A DNA stretch of 64,000 nucleotides. It comes from an uncultured Actinomycetota bacterium (GTDB taxonomy: Bacteria > Actinomycetota > Actinomycetes > JAHEKZ01). The DNA is taken from contig CAVURN010000002.1 in NCBI GenBank assembly GCA_963743915.1, positions 256,001 through 320,000 of the forward strand, read 5' to 3'. The notes beneath the pieces are model-generated. The model was not told the DNA's origin and did no database searches. It saw only the letters and a list, made by a program, of their open reading frames with translations. A program made the position numbers and the translations under genes. Within the stretch, counting starts at the first letter, position 1, and every line of letters begins with the position of its first letter. Shown piece by piece: positions 9,549 through 18,500 of this stretch.

Positions 9549-11153
9549 GTGGCCACCACCCTCTTCCGCGGGGGACGGGTCCACAGCCCGGTGGACCCTT
9601 TCGCCACGGCGCTCGTCGTCGACGGTGGCACTGTCGCCTGGGTCGGGCAGGACGGTGCCGCGGAGCAACACCGGGACGGGGTCGACGAGGTCGTCGAGCT
9701 CGACGGCGCCTGGCTCGCACCCGCGTTCGTCGACGCCCATGTGCACACCACCTCGACCGGCCTCCACCTCACCGGGCTCGACCTCTCCGGCACGAGCTCG
9801 CTGGCCGAGGCTCTTACCGCGCTGGAGGCTCAGGCACGACAGGTGCGAGGCGGCGTGGTCCTCGGCCACGGGTGGGACGAGACTCGTTGGCCGGAGGGGC
9901 GTCCGCCGACCCGCGAGGAGCTCGACCGCGCCTCGTACGGGGGAGTGGTCTACCTCTCGCGCGTGGATGTCCACTCGTGCGTCGCCTCCTCGGCCCTGCT
10001 CGCGATCGCCCCGGAGGCCGGTGCGATGGACGGCTTCTCACCGGACGGCTGGCTGAGCCGGGCCGCCCACCACGTCGTCCGACGGATCGCCCTTGACTCG
10101 GTCAGCCCCGAGCAGCGGCGGCGCGCCCAGCACACCGCACTGCAGCATGCGGCGTCGCTCGGGATCGGCATGGTGCACGAGCTCGGTGGCCCGCAGATCT
10201 CCAGCCCGGACGACTTCACCGACCTGCTCACCACGGTCGCGCCAGAGTCCGGGGTCGAGGTGGTCGGGTACTGGGGCGAGGGTGGGGGCCCGGACCTCGC
10301 GCTCTCGCTCGGCGCCCGCGGAGCCGCCGGCGACCACTTCGTCGACGGGGCGATCGGCTCGCACACGGCGTTCCTGCGCGAGCCCTACGCCGACGCCGAC
10401 ACCCGCGGAGCGTGCTACACCGACGCGGCCACGATCCGCGACCACGTCGCGGCGTGCTCGCAGGCCGGGGTACAGGCCGGCTACCACGTCATCGGCGACG
10501 GGGCGATGGACGTGGTGGTGGCCGGCTTCCGCGAGGCCGTCGCCAAGGTCGGCGCCGACGTCGTCCGTCGACCTCGCCACCGGCTCGAGCACGTCGAGAT
10601 GGTCGACGACGACGCGATCGAGCTGCTAGCCGATCTGGGCGTCATCGCCAGCGTCCAGCCGGCCTTCGACGCGCTCTGGGGCGGCCCGGACGGCATGTAC
10701 GCGAAGCGTCTCGGACCGGAGAGGGCAGCCCGCCTCAACCCCTTCGCCCGGATGGCGACGTCGGGCCTTTCACTCGCCTTCGGGTCCGACGCACCGGTCA
10801 CCCCCCTTGCGCCGTGGGCCGCGGTCCGTGCCGCGGTCCACACTCACGAGCCGGGTGCGCACTGGACGCCGCGCGGAGCCTTCGCCGCGCACACCCGAGG
10901 TGGCTGGCGCGCCGCCGGCGAGGAGTCCGGGGGCGTGCTCGCACCCGGTCTGCCGGCCAACCTCGCCGTCTGGGACGCCGGTGAGCTTGTGGTCGAGGCG
11001 CCGGACGACCGGGTAGCAGCCTGGTCCACCGATCCGAGGGCCGCCGTCCCGGGACTGCCGTCGGTGGAGCCGGACGCTCCGACACCCACCTGCCTCCGCA
11101 CGGTCGTGCGAGGCCGTACCGTCTACTCCGTCGACGAAGGGAGGACCACGTGA
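9549..11153 (+). CDS. Metal-dependent amidohydrolase (YtcJ-like, amidohydro_3)
   Basis: PAFVDAHVH, GWDE, RVDVH, HVIGD, HRLEH, FGSDAPV. Confidence 0.85.
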   Translation: MATTLFRGGRVHSPVDPFATALVVDGGTVAWVGQDGAAEQHRDGVDEVVELDGAWLAPAFVDAHVHTTSTGLHLTGLDLSGTSSLAEALTALEAQARQVRGGVVLGHGWDETRWPEGRPPTREELDRASYGGVVYLSRVDVHSCVASSALLAIAPEAGAMDGFSPDGWLSRAAHHVVRRIALDSVSPEQRRRAQHTALQHAASLGIGMVHELGGPQISSPDDFTDLLTTVAPESGVEVVGYWGEGGGPDLALSLGARGAAGDHFVDGAIGSHTAFLREPYADADTRGACYTDAATIRDHVAACSQAGVQAGYHVIGDGAMDVVVAGFREAVAKVGADVVRRPRHRLEHVEMVDDDAIELLADLGVIASVQPAFDALWGGPDGMYAKRLGPERAARLNPFARMATSGLSLAFGSDAPVTPLAPWAAVRAAVHTHEPGAHWTPRGAFAAHTRGGWRAAGEESGGVLAPGLPANLAVWDAGELVVEAPDDRVAAWSTDPRAAVPGLPSVEPDAPTPTCLRTVVRGRTVYSVDEGRTT

Positions 11154-12748
11154 CATCGCGCAGACGCGGCAAGCTCGAGCTCGACCCGGTCGCGGTCCGC
11201 AAGGCTCGCAGCCTCGCGCGCAAGGCCGGCAAGCCGATCGTCACGCTGGCCAAGACCCACACCACCGTCTCGGTTGAGCGGGCCGTGCTGCGTCTGGCCG
11301 GTCTGTCCGGCGCCGACCCCGAAGGTGAGCCCTGGGTCAACCACCTCGTCGACGCCGTGCGCGAGGACGTCGGGCTCGAGCACGGCGTCGCACTGCCGGT
11401 CTGGCACGCGATGGCGGGTGGCGGTTACGACCTGCTGACGTTGGCCCAGAAGGCCGCCGCCGGCAGCGTCCTCTTCCACCTGCCCGAGGGCAGGGACGCC
11501 GCACGCGCACGTTCGGCGTCCCGCAAGGCTGCACAGGCCGGACTGCGTCGCATCGACGGCAACCGACGCACCCGCGACCGCTTCATCAGGAAGTACGGGG
11601 ACCCGCCCAAACCGTGGATCTACCTGATCGTGGCCACCGGCGACATCTACGAGGACATCCCGCAGGCTCAGGCCGCCGCGCGCGAGGGCGCCGACATCGT
11701 GGCGGTGATCCGCTCCACCGGACAGTCGCTGCTCGACTTCGTCCCTGAAGGTCCCACTCGTGAGGGCTACGCGGGCACCTATGCGACCCAGGAGAACTTC
11801 CGGTTGATGCGGGGTGCGCTCGACGAGGTCTCCGCCGAGCTGGGGCGCTATGTGCGTCTCACCAACTACGCCTCGGGGCTCTGCATGCCCGAGATCGCGA
11901 CGCTGGCCGGTCTCGAGCGCCTCGACATGATGCTCAACGACTCGATGTACGGGATCCTCTTCCGCGACATCAACCCGATCCGCACCTTCGTGGACCAGCG
12001 CTACAGCCGCCAGATCCACGCCAGGGCGGGCATCATCATCAACACCGGCGAGGACAACTACCTCACCACCGCTGATGGCATCGAGGCTGCGCACACGGTC
12101 ACGGTCAGCCAGCTGCTCAACGAGTTCTTCGGCAAGGAGGCCGGCCTCGCCGACCACCAGCTCGGCCTGGGCCATGCCTTCGAGATCAACCCGTCGGTGC
12201 CCGAGTCCTTCCGCATGGAGCTCGCGCACGCACTGCTGGCACGCGAGCTCTTCCCCGACGCGCCGCTGAAGTGGATGCCACCCACCAAGCACATGACCGG
12301 AGACATCTTCCGCGGCTACCTGCTCAACGGTTTCTTCAACCTCGTCGGATCGATGACGAACCAGGACATCCTGCTGGTCGGCATGCTCACCGAGGCCGTC
12401 CACACCCCGTGGCTCTCCGACCGCGACCTCGCGCTGCAGAACGTCCGCTACGTGATGGAGGCCACCCGCGGGCTCTCCGAGGACTTCCGCCCGGCCCCTG
12501 ACGGGTTCGTGGTGGAGCGAGGCCGCCAGGTGCTCGCCGAGGCGATCGAGCTGCTGGAGGCCATCGTCGACGACCAGCTGCTCAACGCCATCGCCGACGG
12601 CACCTTCGGCCTGATGAAGCGCCCCGCTGACGCCGGACGCGGGCTGGACGGCGTGGCGAAGCAGTCCAGCGCCTACTACAACCCCGCGAGTGAGCTGCTC
12701 GCCGAGGGATTCGCCGGCGCTGCCGGCCGACGAGGAGCGGCCCGATGA
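11150..12748 (+). CDS. kamD: D-lysine/beta-lysine 5,6-aminomutase alpha subunit
   Basis: TTVSVERAVLRL, IVATGDIYED, IRSTGQSLLD, NYASGLCMPE, WMPPTKHMTG. Confidence 0.93.
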   Translation: MTSRRRGKLELDPVAVRKARSLARKAGKPIVTLAKTHTTVSVERAVLRLAGLSGADPEGEPWVNHLVDAVREDVGLEHGVALPVWHAMAGGGYDLLTLAQKAAAGSVLFHLPEGRDAARARSASRKAAQAGLRRIDGNRRTRDRFIRKYGDPPKPWIYLIVATGDIYEDIPQAQAAAREGADIVAVIRSTGQSLLDFVPEGPTREGYAGTYATQENFRLMRGALDEVSAELGRYVRLTNYASGLCMPEIATLAGLERLDMMLNDSMYGILFRDINPIRTFVDQRYSRQIHARAGIIINTGEDNYLTTADGIEAAHTVTVSQLLNEFFGKEAGLADHQLGLGHAFEINPSVPESFRMELAHALLARELFPDAPLKWMPPTKHMTGDIFRGYLLNGFFNLVGSMTNQDILLVGMLTEAVHTPWLSDRDLALQNVRYVMEATRGLSEDFRPAPDGFVVERGRQVLAEAIELLEAIVDDQLLNAIADGTFGLMKRPADAGRGLDGVAKQSSAYYNPASELLAEGFAGAAGRRGAAR

Positions 12749-13533
12749 GCAAGCGCGAGTCGCACATCATCCGGCCGTACGGCGACGCCACCGGTGACGG
12801 CCTCGTCCAGACCTCGTTCACGCTGCCGATCCCGCACGACAAGCGGGCCGAGGGCGCTGCCCTTCAGCTGGCGTCGAAGATGGGGCTGGAGCCGGCGATG
12901 GTGGTGCACGCGAAGGCCATGGGTCCGCACTTCACCTTCTTCGTCGTCTACGGGCGCAGCAGCCATCTGGTCGACCTCGACAAGGTCGTGGTGATGGAGC
13001 GTGAGTTCCCCATGCTCACGCCGAAGGAGGTCAGCGCCGCGGTGCGGCGCAGCCTGCGGCGTCCACTGGTGGTGATCGGCGCCTGCATCGGCACCGACGC
13101 GCACACCGTCGGCATCGACGCGATCCTGAACATCAAGGGATGGGCGGGGGAGAAGGGCCTGGAGGCGTACAGCGACGTCGAGGTGCACAACCTCGGCGCA
13201 CAGGTGTCCGTTCCTGACCTGGTCGAACGCGCGCAGACGCTCGGGGCCGATGCCGTCCTGGTCAGCCAGGTGGTGACCCAGCGGGACGCGCACCTGCACA
13301 ACGTCAGCCAGATGTCGGCGGCCTTCCGCGAGGCGTACCCGGCCGGAACCGCGCCCGTGCTGATCGTGGGAGGCCCGAGGTTCGACGAGACGGCGGCCGC
13401 GGAGCTGGGTGTGGACCGGATCTTCGTGAAGGGCACGACGCCCGGCGAGGTCGCCAGCTTCCTGGTGCATCGGCTCTGCAGCACACCCGCGAAGAAGAAG
13501 TCGAACCGCAAGCCGGCGAGGAGTCGTTCATGA
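12745..13533 (+). CDS. kamE: Lysine 5,6-aminomutase beta subunit (cobalamin-binding)
   Basis: PYGDATGDGLVQTSFTLP dimerisation domain; DAHTVG (DxHxxG), NIKG. Confidence 0.92.
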   Translation: MSKRESHIIRPYGDATGDGLVQTSFTLPIPHDKRAEGAALQLASKMGLEPAMVVHAKAMGPHFTFFVVYGRSSHLVDLDKVVVMEREFPMLTPKEVSAAVRRSLRRPLVVIGACIGTDAHTVGIDAILNIKGWAGEKGLEAYSDVEVHNLGAQVSVPDLVERAQTLGADAVLVSQVVTQRDAHLHNVSQMSAAFREAYPAGTAPVLIVGGPRFDETAAAELGVDRIFVKGTTPGEVASFLVHRLCSTPAKKKSNRKPARSRS

Positions 13534-13928
13534 CGGATGCATCGGACAGCCGACTCGGAGCGAGCGTCACCCACCGCCGCTACGTCCCGTACTCCCACGC
13601 CCACTACGCCGGCAACCTGGTCGACGGTGCCTATACGGTCGGGCTGTTCGGCGACGTCGCCACCGACCTCATGATCGTCACCGACGGGGACGAAGGCCTG
13701 TTTGCGTCGTACTCCGACATCCAGTTCACCGCGCCGGTCCGCGCCGGGGACGTGCTGGAGGTCACCGCCACCGTCACGCGGGTGGGTCGGCGCAGCCGTG
13801 AGGTCGGCTTCACCGCCCACGTGGTGTGCCGTGGACGCCCGGACCTCGGGGAGTCGTCGGCGGAGACGCTCGCCGAACCCGTCCTTGCCGTGAGCGCGAC
13901 CGGGACCATCGTCGTCCCGCCGCAGTAG
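13530..13928 (+). CDS. kal: 3-aminobutyryl-CoA ammonia-lyase (hotdog fold)
   Basis: AHYAGNLVDGA, GDVAT, DGDEGLF, F-APV-AGD. Confidence 0.85.
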   Translation: MTDASDSRLGASVTHRRYVPYSHAHYAGNLVDGAYTVGLFGDVATDLMIVTDGDEGLFASYSDIQFTAPVRAGDVLEVTATVTRVGRRSREVGFTAHVVCRGRPDLGESSAETLAEPVLAVSATGTIVVPPQ

Positions 13929-13956
13929 CTCTGCCGACCGCGCGCCCATACCCCTG

Positions 13957-14030
13957 CGGTGATCGGAGCATTCTCGTCATTCTTTGGCCGTCGCATCCGC
14001 TCCTGAATGACTGAGGCGCTCCGATCACCG
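13957..14030. terminator. Long stem-loop after the kam operon
   Basis: Perfect 13-bp inverted repeat CGGTGATCGGAGC/GCTCCGATCACCG plus inner GTCATTC/GAATGAC. Confidence 0.55.
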
Positions 14031-14083
14031 GCACCCCGCCACGCGGGGGCGCCACCCACGCGCTGCCGGGATACCGTCACCGG

Positions 14084-15628
14084 GTGAGTGACGCGTCCGA
14101 GGTGAGCACCGGCCCCGGTCGTCAAGCGACTCCGCTGCGGTGGGCGCTGCTCGCCGCCCTCCTCTCCGGCCTGCTGCTGGTCGCGGCGTTCCCGCCGATC
14201 GACTTCTGGCTCCTGGCCCCGGTCGCGGTGGCCGGGCTGCTCGCTGCCTTGCGGGGACGCTCGGTCCGTGGTGGAGCACTGGTCGGCCTGGTCTTCGGCG
14301 CGGCGTTCATCGGAGCCCTCACCCCCTGGCTGCGGGTGATCGGCCCCGACGCATGGCTCGCGGTGGTCGTGCTCTCGGCGCTCGCCCTGGCCGTGTTCGG
14401 GGCGGGCGCGACCCTGCTGCTCGACCTGCCTGGCTGGCCGCTGTGGACGGCCGCGTGGTGGGCCACGGTCGAGACGCTGCGCAGCCTTTACCCGCTCGGC
14501 GGGTTCCCCTGGGGACGCCTCGCGCACTCGCAGGTGGACGCCCCGAGCGTCGGCTGGGTGGCCATCGGGGGCGTGCCGCTGCTCGGGTTCGTCGTGGTGC
14601 TCACCGGTGCCCTGCTGCTCGCCCTCCTGCTCGCCTGGCAGCGGGGCGACCGGCGGACCGCCGCCGTCGCCGCGATCGCGGGCATCGTGGTCTACGCGGG
14701 AGCGGCGGTGGTGCCGACCCCCACCGACGGTCGTCCGGTGACCGTCGCGGTGGTGCAGGGGAACGTGCCGCGCACCGGGATGGACGCCTTCGGGCAGCGG
14801 GAGGCGGTCCTGACCGCCCACCTGGACGCGACCCACCAGCTCGCGGACGACGTCCGCGCCGGGACGGTGCCACGTCCCGACCTCGTCATCTGGCCGGAGA
14901 ACGCGTCGGACATCGACCCCGCCCTCGACGCCGACGCCTACGCCCGGATCACCGAGGCGGTGCAGGACGTCGGCGTGCCGGTCCTGGTCGGCATGGTGGT
15001 GGAGGTCGACGGAGGCGAGCGTGTCGCCAACCAGGGGACGGTGTGGGACCCCGACACCGGGCCCGGGGAGACCTACGTGAAGCAGAACCTGGTGCCGTTC
15101 GGTGAGTACGTCCCCTTCCGGTCCCAGCTGCAGCCCTTCATCTCCCGGCTCGACCGGATCCCGCGCGACTTCGTCGCTGGCGACCGGCCGGGTGTTCTCG
15201 ACCTCGGCGCCGCCACGGTGGCCGACGTCATCTGCTTCGACGTCGCGTACGACGACGCCGTCCGGGACGCCGTCGCCGGCGGCGGCGAGCTCATCACCGT
15301 GCAGACCAACAACGCCACGTACGGTCGGACGGCGCAGGTCGAGCAGCAGTTCGCCATCAGCCGGCTCCGTGCGATCGAGCACGGCCGCGTGGTGCTCGTC
15401 GCCGCGACGAGCGGCATCAGTGGGGTCATCACCCCTGACGGCAGGGTGGTCGAGCAGACCCCAGAGTTCGTGGCCCAGGTGCTCGTCGCCGAGGTACCGG
15501 CACGCACCAGCCAGACGCTCGCCACGCGGTTCGGGCCGGCGGTCGCGTGGGCGCTCACCGCCATAGGGGCCGCAGCGGTCCTCGCCGGTGCCTGGCGTCG
15601 TCGCCGGGCTGGGACACTGGTCGCATGA
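14084..15628 (+). CDS. lnt: Apolipoprotein N-acyltransferase
   Basis: Multiple TM helices, GGFPWG, VQGNV, WPEN, KQNLVPFGEY, ICFD, QTNNA. Confidence 0.95.
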   Translation: MSDASEVSTGPGRQATPLRWALLAALLSGLLLVAAFPPIDFWLLAPVAVAGLLAALRGRSVRGGALVGLVFGAAFIGALTPWLRVIGPDAWLAVVVLSALALAVFGAGATLLLDLPGWPLWTAAWWATVETLRSLYPLGGFPWGRLAHSQVDAPSVGWVAIGGVPLLGFVVVLTGALLLALLLAWQRGDRRTAAVAAIAGIVVYAGAAVVPTPTDGRPVTVAVVQGNVPRTGMDAFGQREAVLTAHLDATHQLADDVRAGTVPRPDLVIWPENASDIDPALDADAYARITEAVQDVGVPVLVGMVVEVDGGERVANQGTVWDPDTGPGETYVKQNLVPFGEYVPFRSQLQPFISRLDRIPRDFVAGDRPGVLDLGAATVADVICFDVAYDDAVRDAVAGGGELITVQTNNATYGRTAQVEQQFAISRLRAIEHGRVVLVAATSGISGVITPDGRVVEQTPEFVAQVLVAEVPARTSQTLATRFGPAVAWALTAIGAAAVLAGAWRRRRAGTLVA

Positions 15629-16377
15629 CCGAAGGACGCGTCCTCGTGGTGGTCCCCACGTACAACGAAGCGGCCGCCCTGCCCGGGCTGGTGCAGCGGG
15701 TGCGGACGGCCGTATCGGACGCGCACGTGCTGGTGGCCGACGACAACAGCCCGGACGGAACGGGCGACGTCGCGCAGGCCCTCGCCGACGAGGACGACCA
15801 CGTCCACGTCCTGCACCGCAGCGCCAAGAACGGTCTGGGGGCCGCCTACCTCGCCGGGTTCCGGTGGGGGACCAGCCGGGGGTACGACGTGCTCGTCGAG
15901 ATGGACGCCGACGGCTCGCACCGCCCCGAGCACCTCCCGGCCATGCTCGAACTGCTCCACGACGCCGACGTCGTGATCGGCTCGCGGTGGGTGCCGGGGG
16001 GCGGCGTCGTGAACTGGCCCCAGTACCGCAAGTGGCTGTCCCAGGGGGGCAACCGCTACACGCAGCTGATGCTGGGGCTCGGGGTGCGGGACGCCACCGC
16101 CGGCTACCGCGTGTACCGCGCGTCCGCCCTGACGCAGCTCGACCTCGACACCGTGGCGTCGCAGGGGTACTGCTTCCAGGTCGACCTCACCCGGCGGGCA
16201 GCGGCAGCCGGGCTTCGGATCGCCGAGTACCCCATCAGCTTCGTCGAGCGCGAGGTGGGAGACAGCAAGATGAGCGGCACCATCGTCGCCGAGGCGCTGT
16301 GGCGCGTCACGGCGTGGGGCGTGCAGGACCGCGTCGGCCGGTGGCGTCGTTCCGGTGCTCTGGGGAGGTCGGCCTGA
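15625..16377 (+). CDS. ppm1: Polyprenol monophosphomannose synthase
   Basis: VPTYNE, DDNSPDGT, GLGAAYLAGF, EMDADGSH, GYCFQ; follows lnt. Confidence 0.93.
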   Translation: MTEGRVLVVVPTYNEAAALPGLVQRVRTAVSDAHVLVADDNSPDGTGDVAQALADEDDHVHVLHRSAKNGLGAAYLAGFRWGTSRGYDVLVEMDADGSHRPEHLPAMLELLHDADVVIGSRWVPGGGVVNWPQYRKWLSQGGNRYTQLMLGLGVRDATAGYRVYRASALTQLDLDTVASQGYCFQVDLTRRAAAAGLRIAEYPISFVEREVGDSKMSGTIVAEALWRVTAWGVQDRVGRWRRSGALGRSA

Positions 16378-16820
16378 TGGCACTGATCCTGCTCGTGGTG
16401 CTCGTCGGGGCGCCGATCCTGGAGATCTACGTCGGCACCCTGGTGGCCGACCAGATCGGCGCAGGGCCGACCCTGCTGCTGCTCCTCGCGGGGGTCATCG
16501 TCGGTGCGTTCGTGATGCGGCGCGCCTGGCGGCGTCGCCCCCGAACTTCCGACACGGCACTGCTCCTGCTCGCCGGTGCGCTGCTGCTGCTGCCGGGCTT
16601 CGTGAGCGACGCCCTCGGGCTGCTGCTCCTGCTGCCACCGGTCCGGGCGGTGGTCAAGGTGTGGGTCGGCCAACGCGTCGAGCGACGGCTGTCGTCGTGG
16701 AACCTCGAGGTCGTGCGCTGGAACCGCGCCGTCCGTCCGGGTACGCCCCCGGCCTCCGGGCCGGTGGTCCGCGGCGAGGTGGTCGACGGCGAGGAGCCTC
16801 CCCGACACAGTGAGGGTTGA
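16377..16820 (+). CDS. fxsA: FxsA family membrane protein
   Basis: PILEIY, LLLLPGFVSDALGLLLLLPP; lnt-ppm1-fxsA synteny. Confidence 0.85.
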   Translation: MALILLVVLVGAPILEIYVGTLVADQIGAGPTLLLLLAGVIVGAFVMRRAWRRRPRTSDTALLLLAGALLLLPGFVSDALGLLLLLPPVRAVVKVWVGQRVERRLSSWNLEVVRWNRAVRPGTPPASGPVVRGEVVDGEEPPRHSEG

Positions 16821-16883
16821 ACTCCTGCGATTTCGTAGTACAGTGATCACATGATACGAACTCGTACTACTTCTGACACCGAC

Positions 16884-17975
16884 ATGGTTAACCAGGTTCC
16901 CCCTGACCTCGCCGCCGCCGTCGAGACGATGCGGCGGGAGGCTCAGGTCCCTGGGCTGTCGATCGCCGTGGTCGATGCGGCCGGAGTCCAGCTCGCCACG
17001 GGCTACGGGTACGCCGACCTCTCGCGAGAGGTGGCCGCCTCGGCCTCGACGCCCTACCTGTGGTTCTCGATGTCCAAGATCGTGACGGCGACGGCAGCGC
17101 TCCGGCTCGCCGACGAGGGTCACCTGGACCTCGAGGCGCCGGTCACCGAGTACCTCGACTACCTGCGGGCGCCCGGCCCGCAGCAGCCGACGGTCCGTCA
17201 GCTGCTGACGCACACCTCTGGGCTGGGGAACCCGATGCCCATCCGTTGGGTGCACCCGGCGGGTGCGGACGCGCCGGACCCTGAGCAGCTGCTGCGCAGG
17301 CTCATGCGCCGCCGTCGCGCCTACCGTTACCCGCTGGGCACTGCGCGGTACAGCAATGTCGGCTACCTCGCGGTCGGGGAGATCGTCGCCCGGGCGGGAG
17401 GGGAGAACTTCGACAGCTATGTCCGTCGCTCGGTGCTGGTTCCGATCGGGATGCGTGCCACCGGTTTCGAACACGGGGAGGGCACCGCCACCGCAACCGG
17501 GTACGTCAGGGCCCCCCGGCCGGCCGACCCGGTGCTCCGTCGCCTCCTGCCCGCGGGGATCGTCGGGCGACGTCACGGGCGGTACCTGGCCCTGAACGAC
17601 TTCGCCGTCGACGGCCCGGCCTATGGCGGGCTCATCGGCACGGTCCAGGACGCCGCGCGATTCCTGCAGATGCACCTGCGGGACGGGGAGCTCGACGGCG
17701 TCCGCATCCTGGCGCCGGAGACGGCACGCGCCATGCGCAGGCTCGACCACCCCGGCAAGGCCTTCCGGCACGGACTGGGATGGTTCCGCAGCCCCAGCGA
17801 CCGGCCCGGCGCCGATGACTGGGTGGAGCACTTCGGGGCCGGCGCGGGCTTCTGGAACGTGATGCGCCTCTACCCGGAGCGCGGGTTCGGCGTGGTGGTC
17901 ATGAGCAACAGCACCACGAGCTATCCGTTCGACCAGCTCTTCGCGCTCCTCGAGCGGACGCGGCCGCGGGTGTAG
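16884..17975 (+). CDS. Serine hydrolase, beta-lactamase/class C family
   Basis: SMSK (SxxK), LLTHTSGL, YSN, HFG. Confidence 0.85.
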   Translation: MVNQVPPDLAAAVETMRREAQVPGLSIAVVDAAGVQLATGYGYADLSREVAASASTPYLWFSMSKIVTATAALRLADEGHLDLEAPVTEYLDYLRAPGPQQPTVRQLLTHTSGLGNPMPIRWVHPAGADAPDPEQLLRRLMRRRRAYRYPLGTARYSNVGYLAVGEIVARAGGENFDSYVRRSVLVPIGMRATGFEHGEGTATATGYVRAPRPADPVLRRLLPAGIVGRRHGRYLALNDFAVDGPAYGGLIGTVQDAARFLQMHLRDGELDGVRILAPETARAMRRLDHPGKAFRHGLGWFRSPSDRPGADDWVEHFGAGAGFWNVMRLYPERGFGVVVMSNSTTSYPFDQLFALLERTRPRV

Positions 17976-17984
17976 CGGCTGACG

Positions 17985-18347
17985 CTAGGCGGAGCGCTTG
18001 GCCCCGCCGGTGGGACCACCGGAGGCGCGGAGCAGCTCGAGCCGCTCCTCGAGGAGGTCCTCGAGCTCGGGGATGGAACGACGCTCCAGGAGCATGTCCC
18101 AGTGCGTCCGGGAGGGCTTGACGGCCTTCTCCTCCGGGAGCGGGACGTCCCGACCGATCGCGGTGGCGCCGCAGACGCGGCACTCCCACCGGGCCGGGAC
18201 CTCGGCCTCGACCGAGAAGGGCATGGTGAAGGTGTGACCCCGGGGGCAGTCGTAGACGACGTCGAGGCGCTCTGCGGGCTCGACATTGTCGTCGTTCTCG
18301 TAGCTCGTGGCCCCGAGCCGCGTACCGCGCAGCGAACGCTCAGCCAT
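17985..18347 (-). CDS. rbpA: RNA polymerase-binding protein RbpA
   Basis: MAERSLRGTRLGATSYE, RTHWDMLLERRSIPELE. Confidence 0.96.
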   Translation of the reverse strand: MAERSLRGTRLGATSYENDDNVEPAERLDVVYDCPRGHTFTMPFSVEAEVPARWECRVCGATAIGRDVPLPEEKAVKPSRTHWDMLLERRSIPELEDLLEERLELLRASGGPTGGAKRSA

Positions 18348-18380
18348 GGTCTGCCTCCGGAAGGGAAGTGGTACTCGCAC

Positions 18381-18408
18381 CAACACGTGGTCTCTTGGAC
18401 GGATTCCC
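18381..18408 (-). promoter_or_regulatory. SigR/SigH-type ECF promoter upstream of rbpA
   Basis: Minus strand GGGAAT-N18-GTTG matches the GGAAT-N18-GTT consensus. Confidence 0.7.
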
Positions 18409-18500
18409 CGCCCGCGGGGTTCCCCAACCCTTTTCCCGCGTAGTTGGGCCGTTCGGGTGACGCAGATCACACGCTCTGGCCTGCGGTACCTGCCGGAGGT

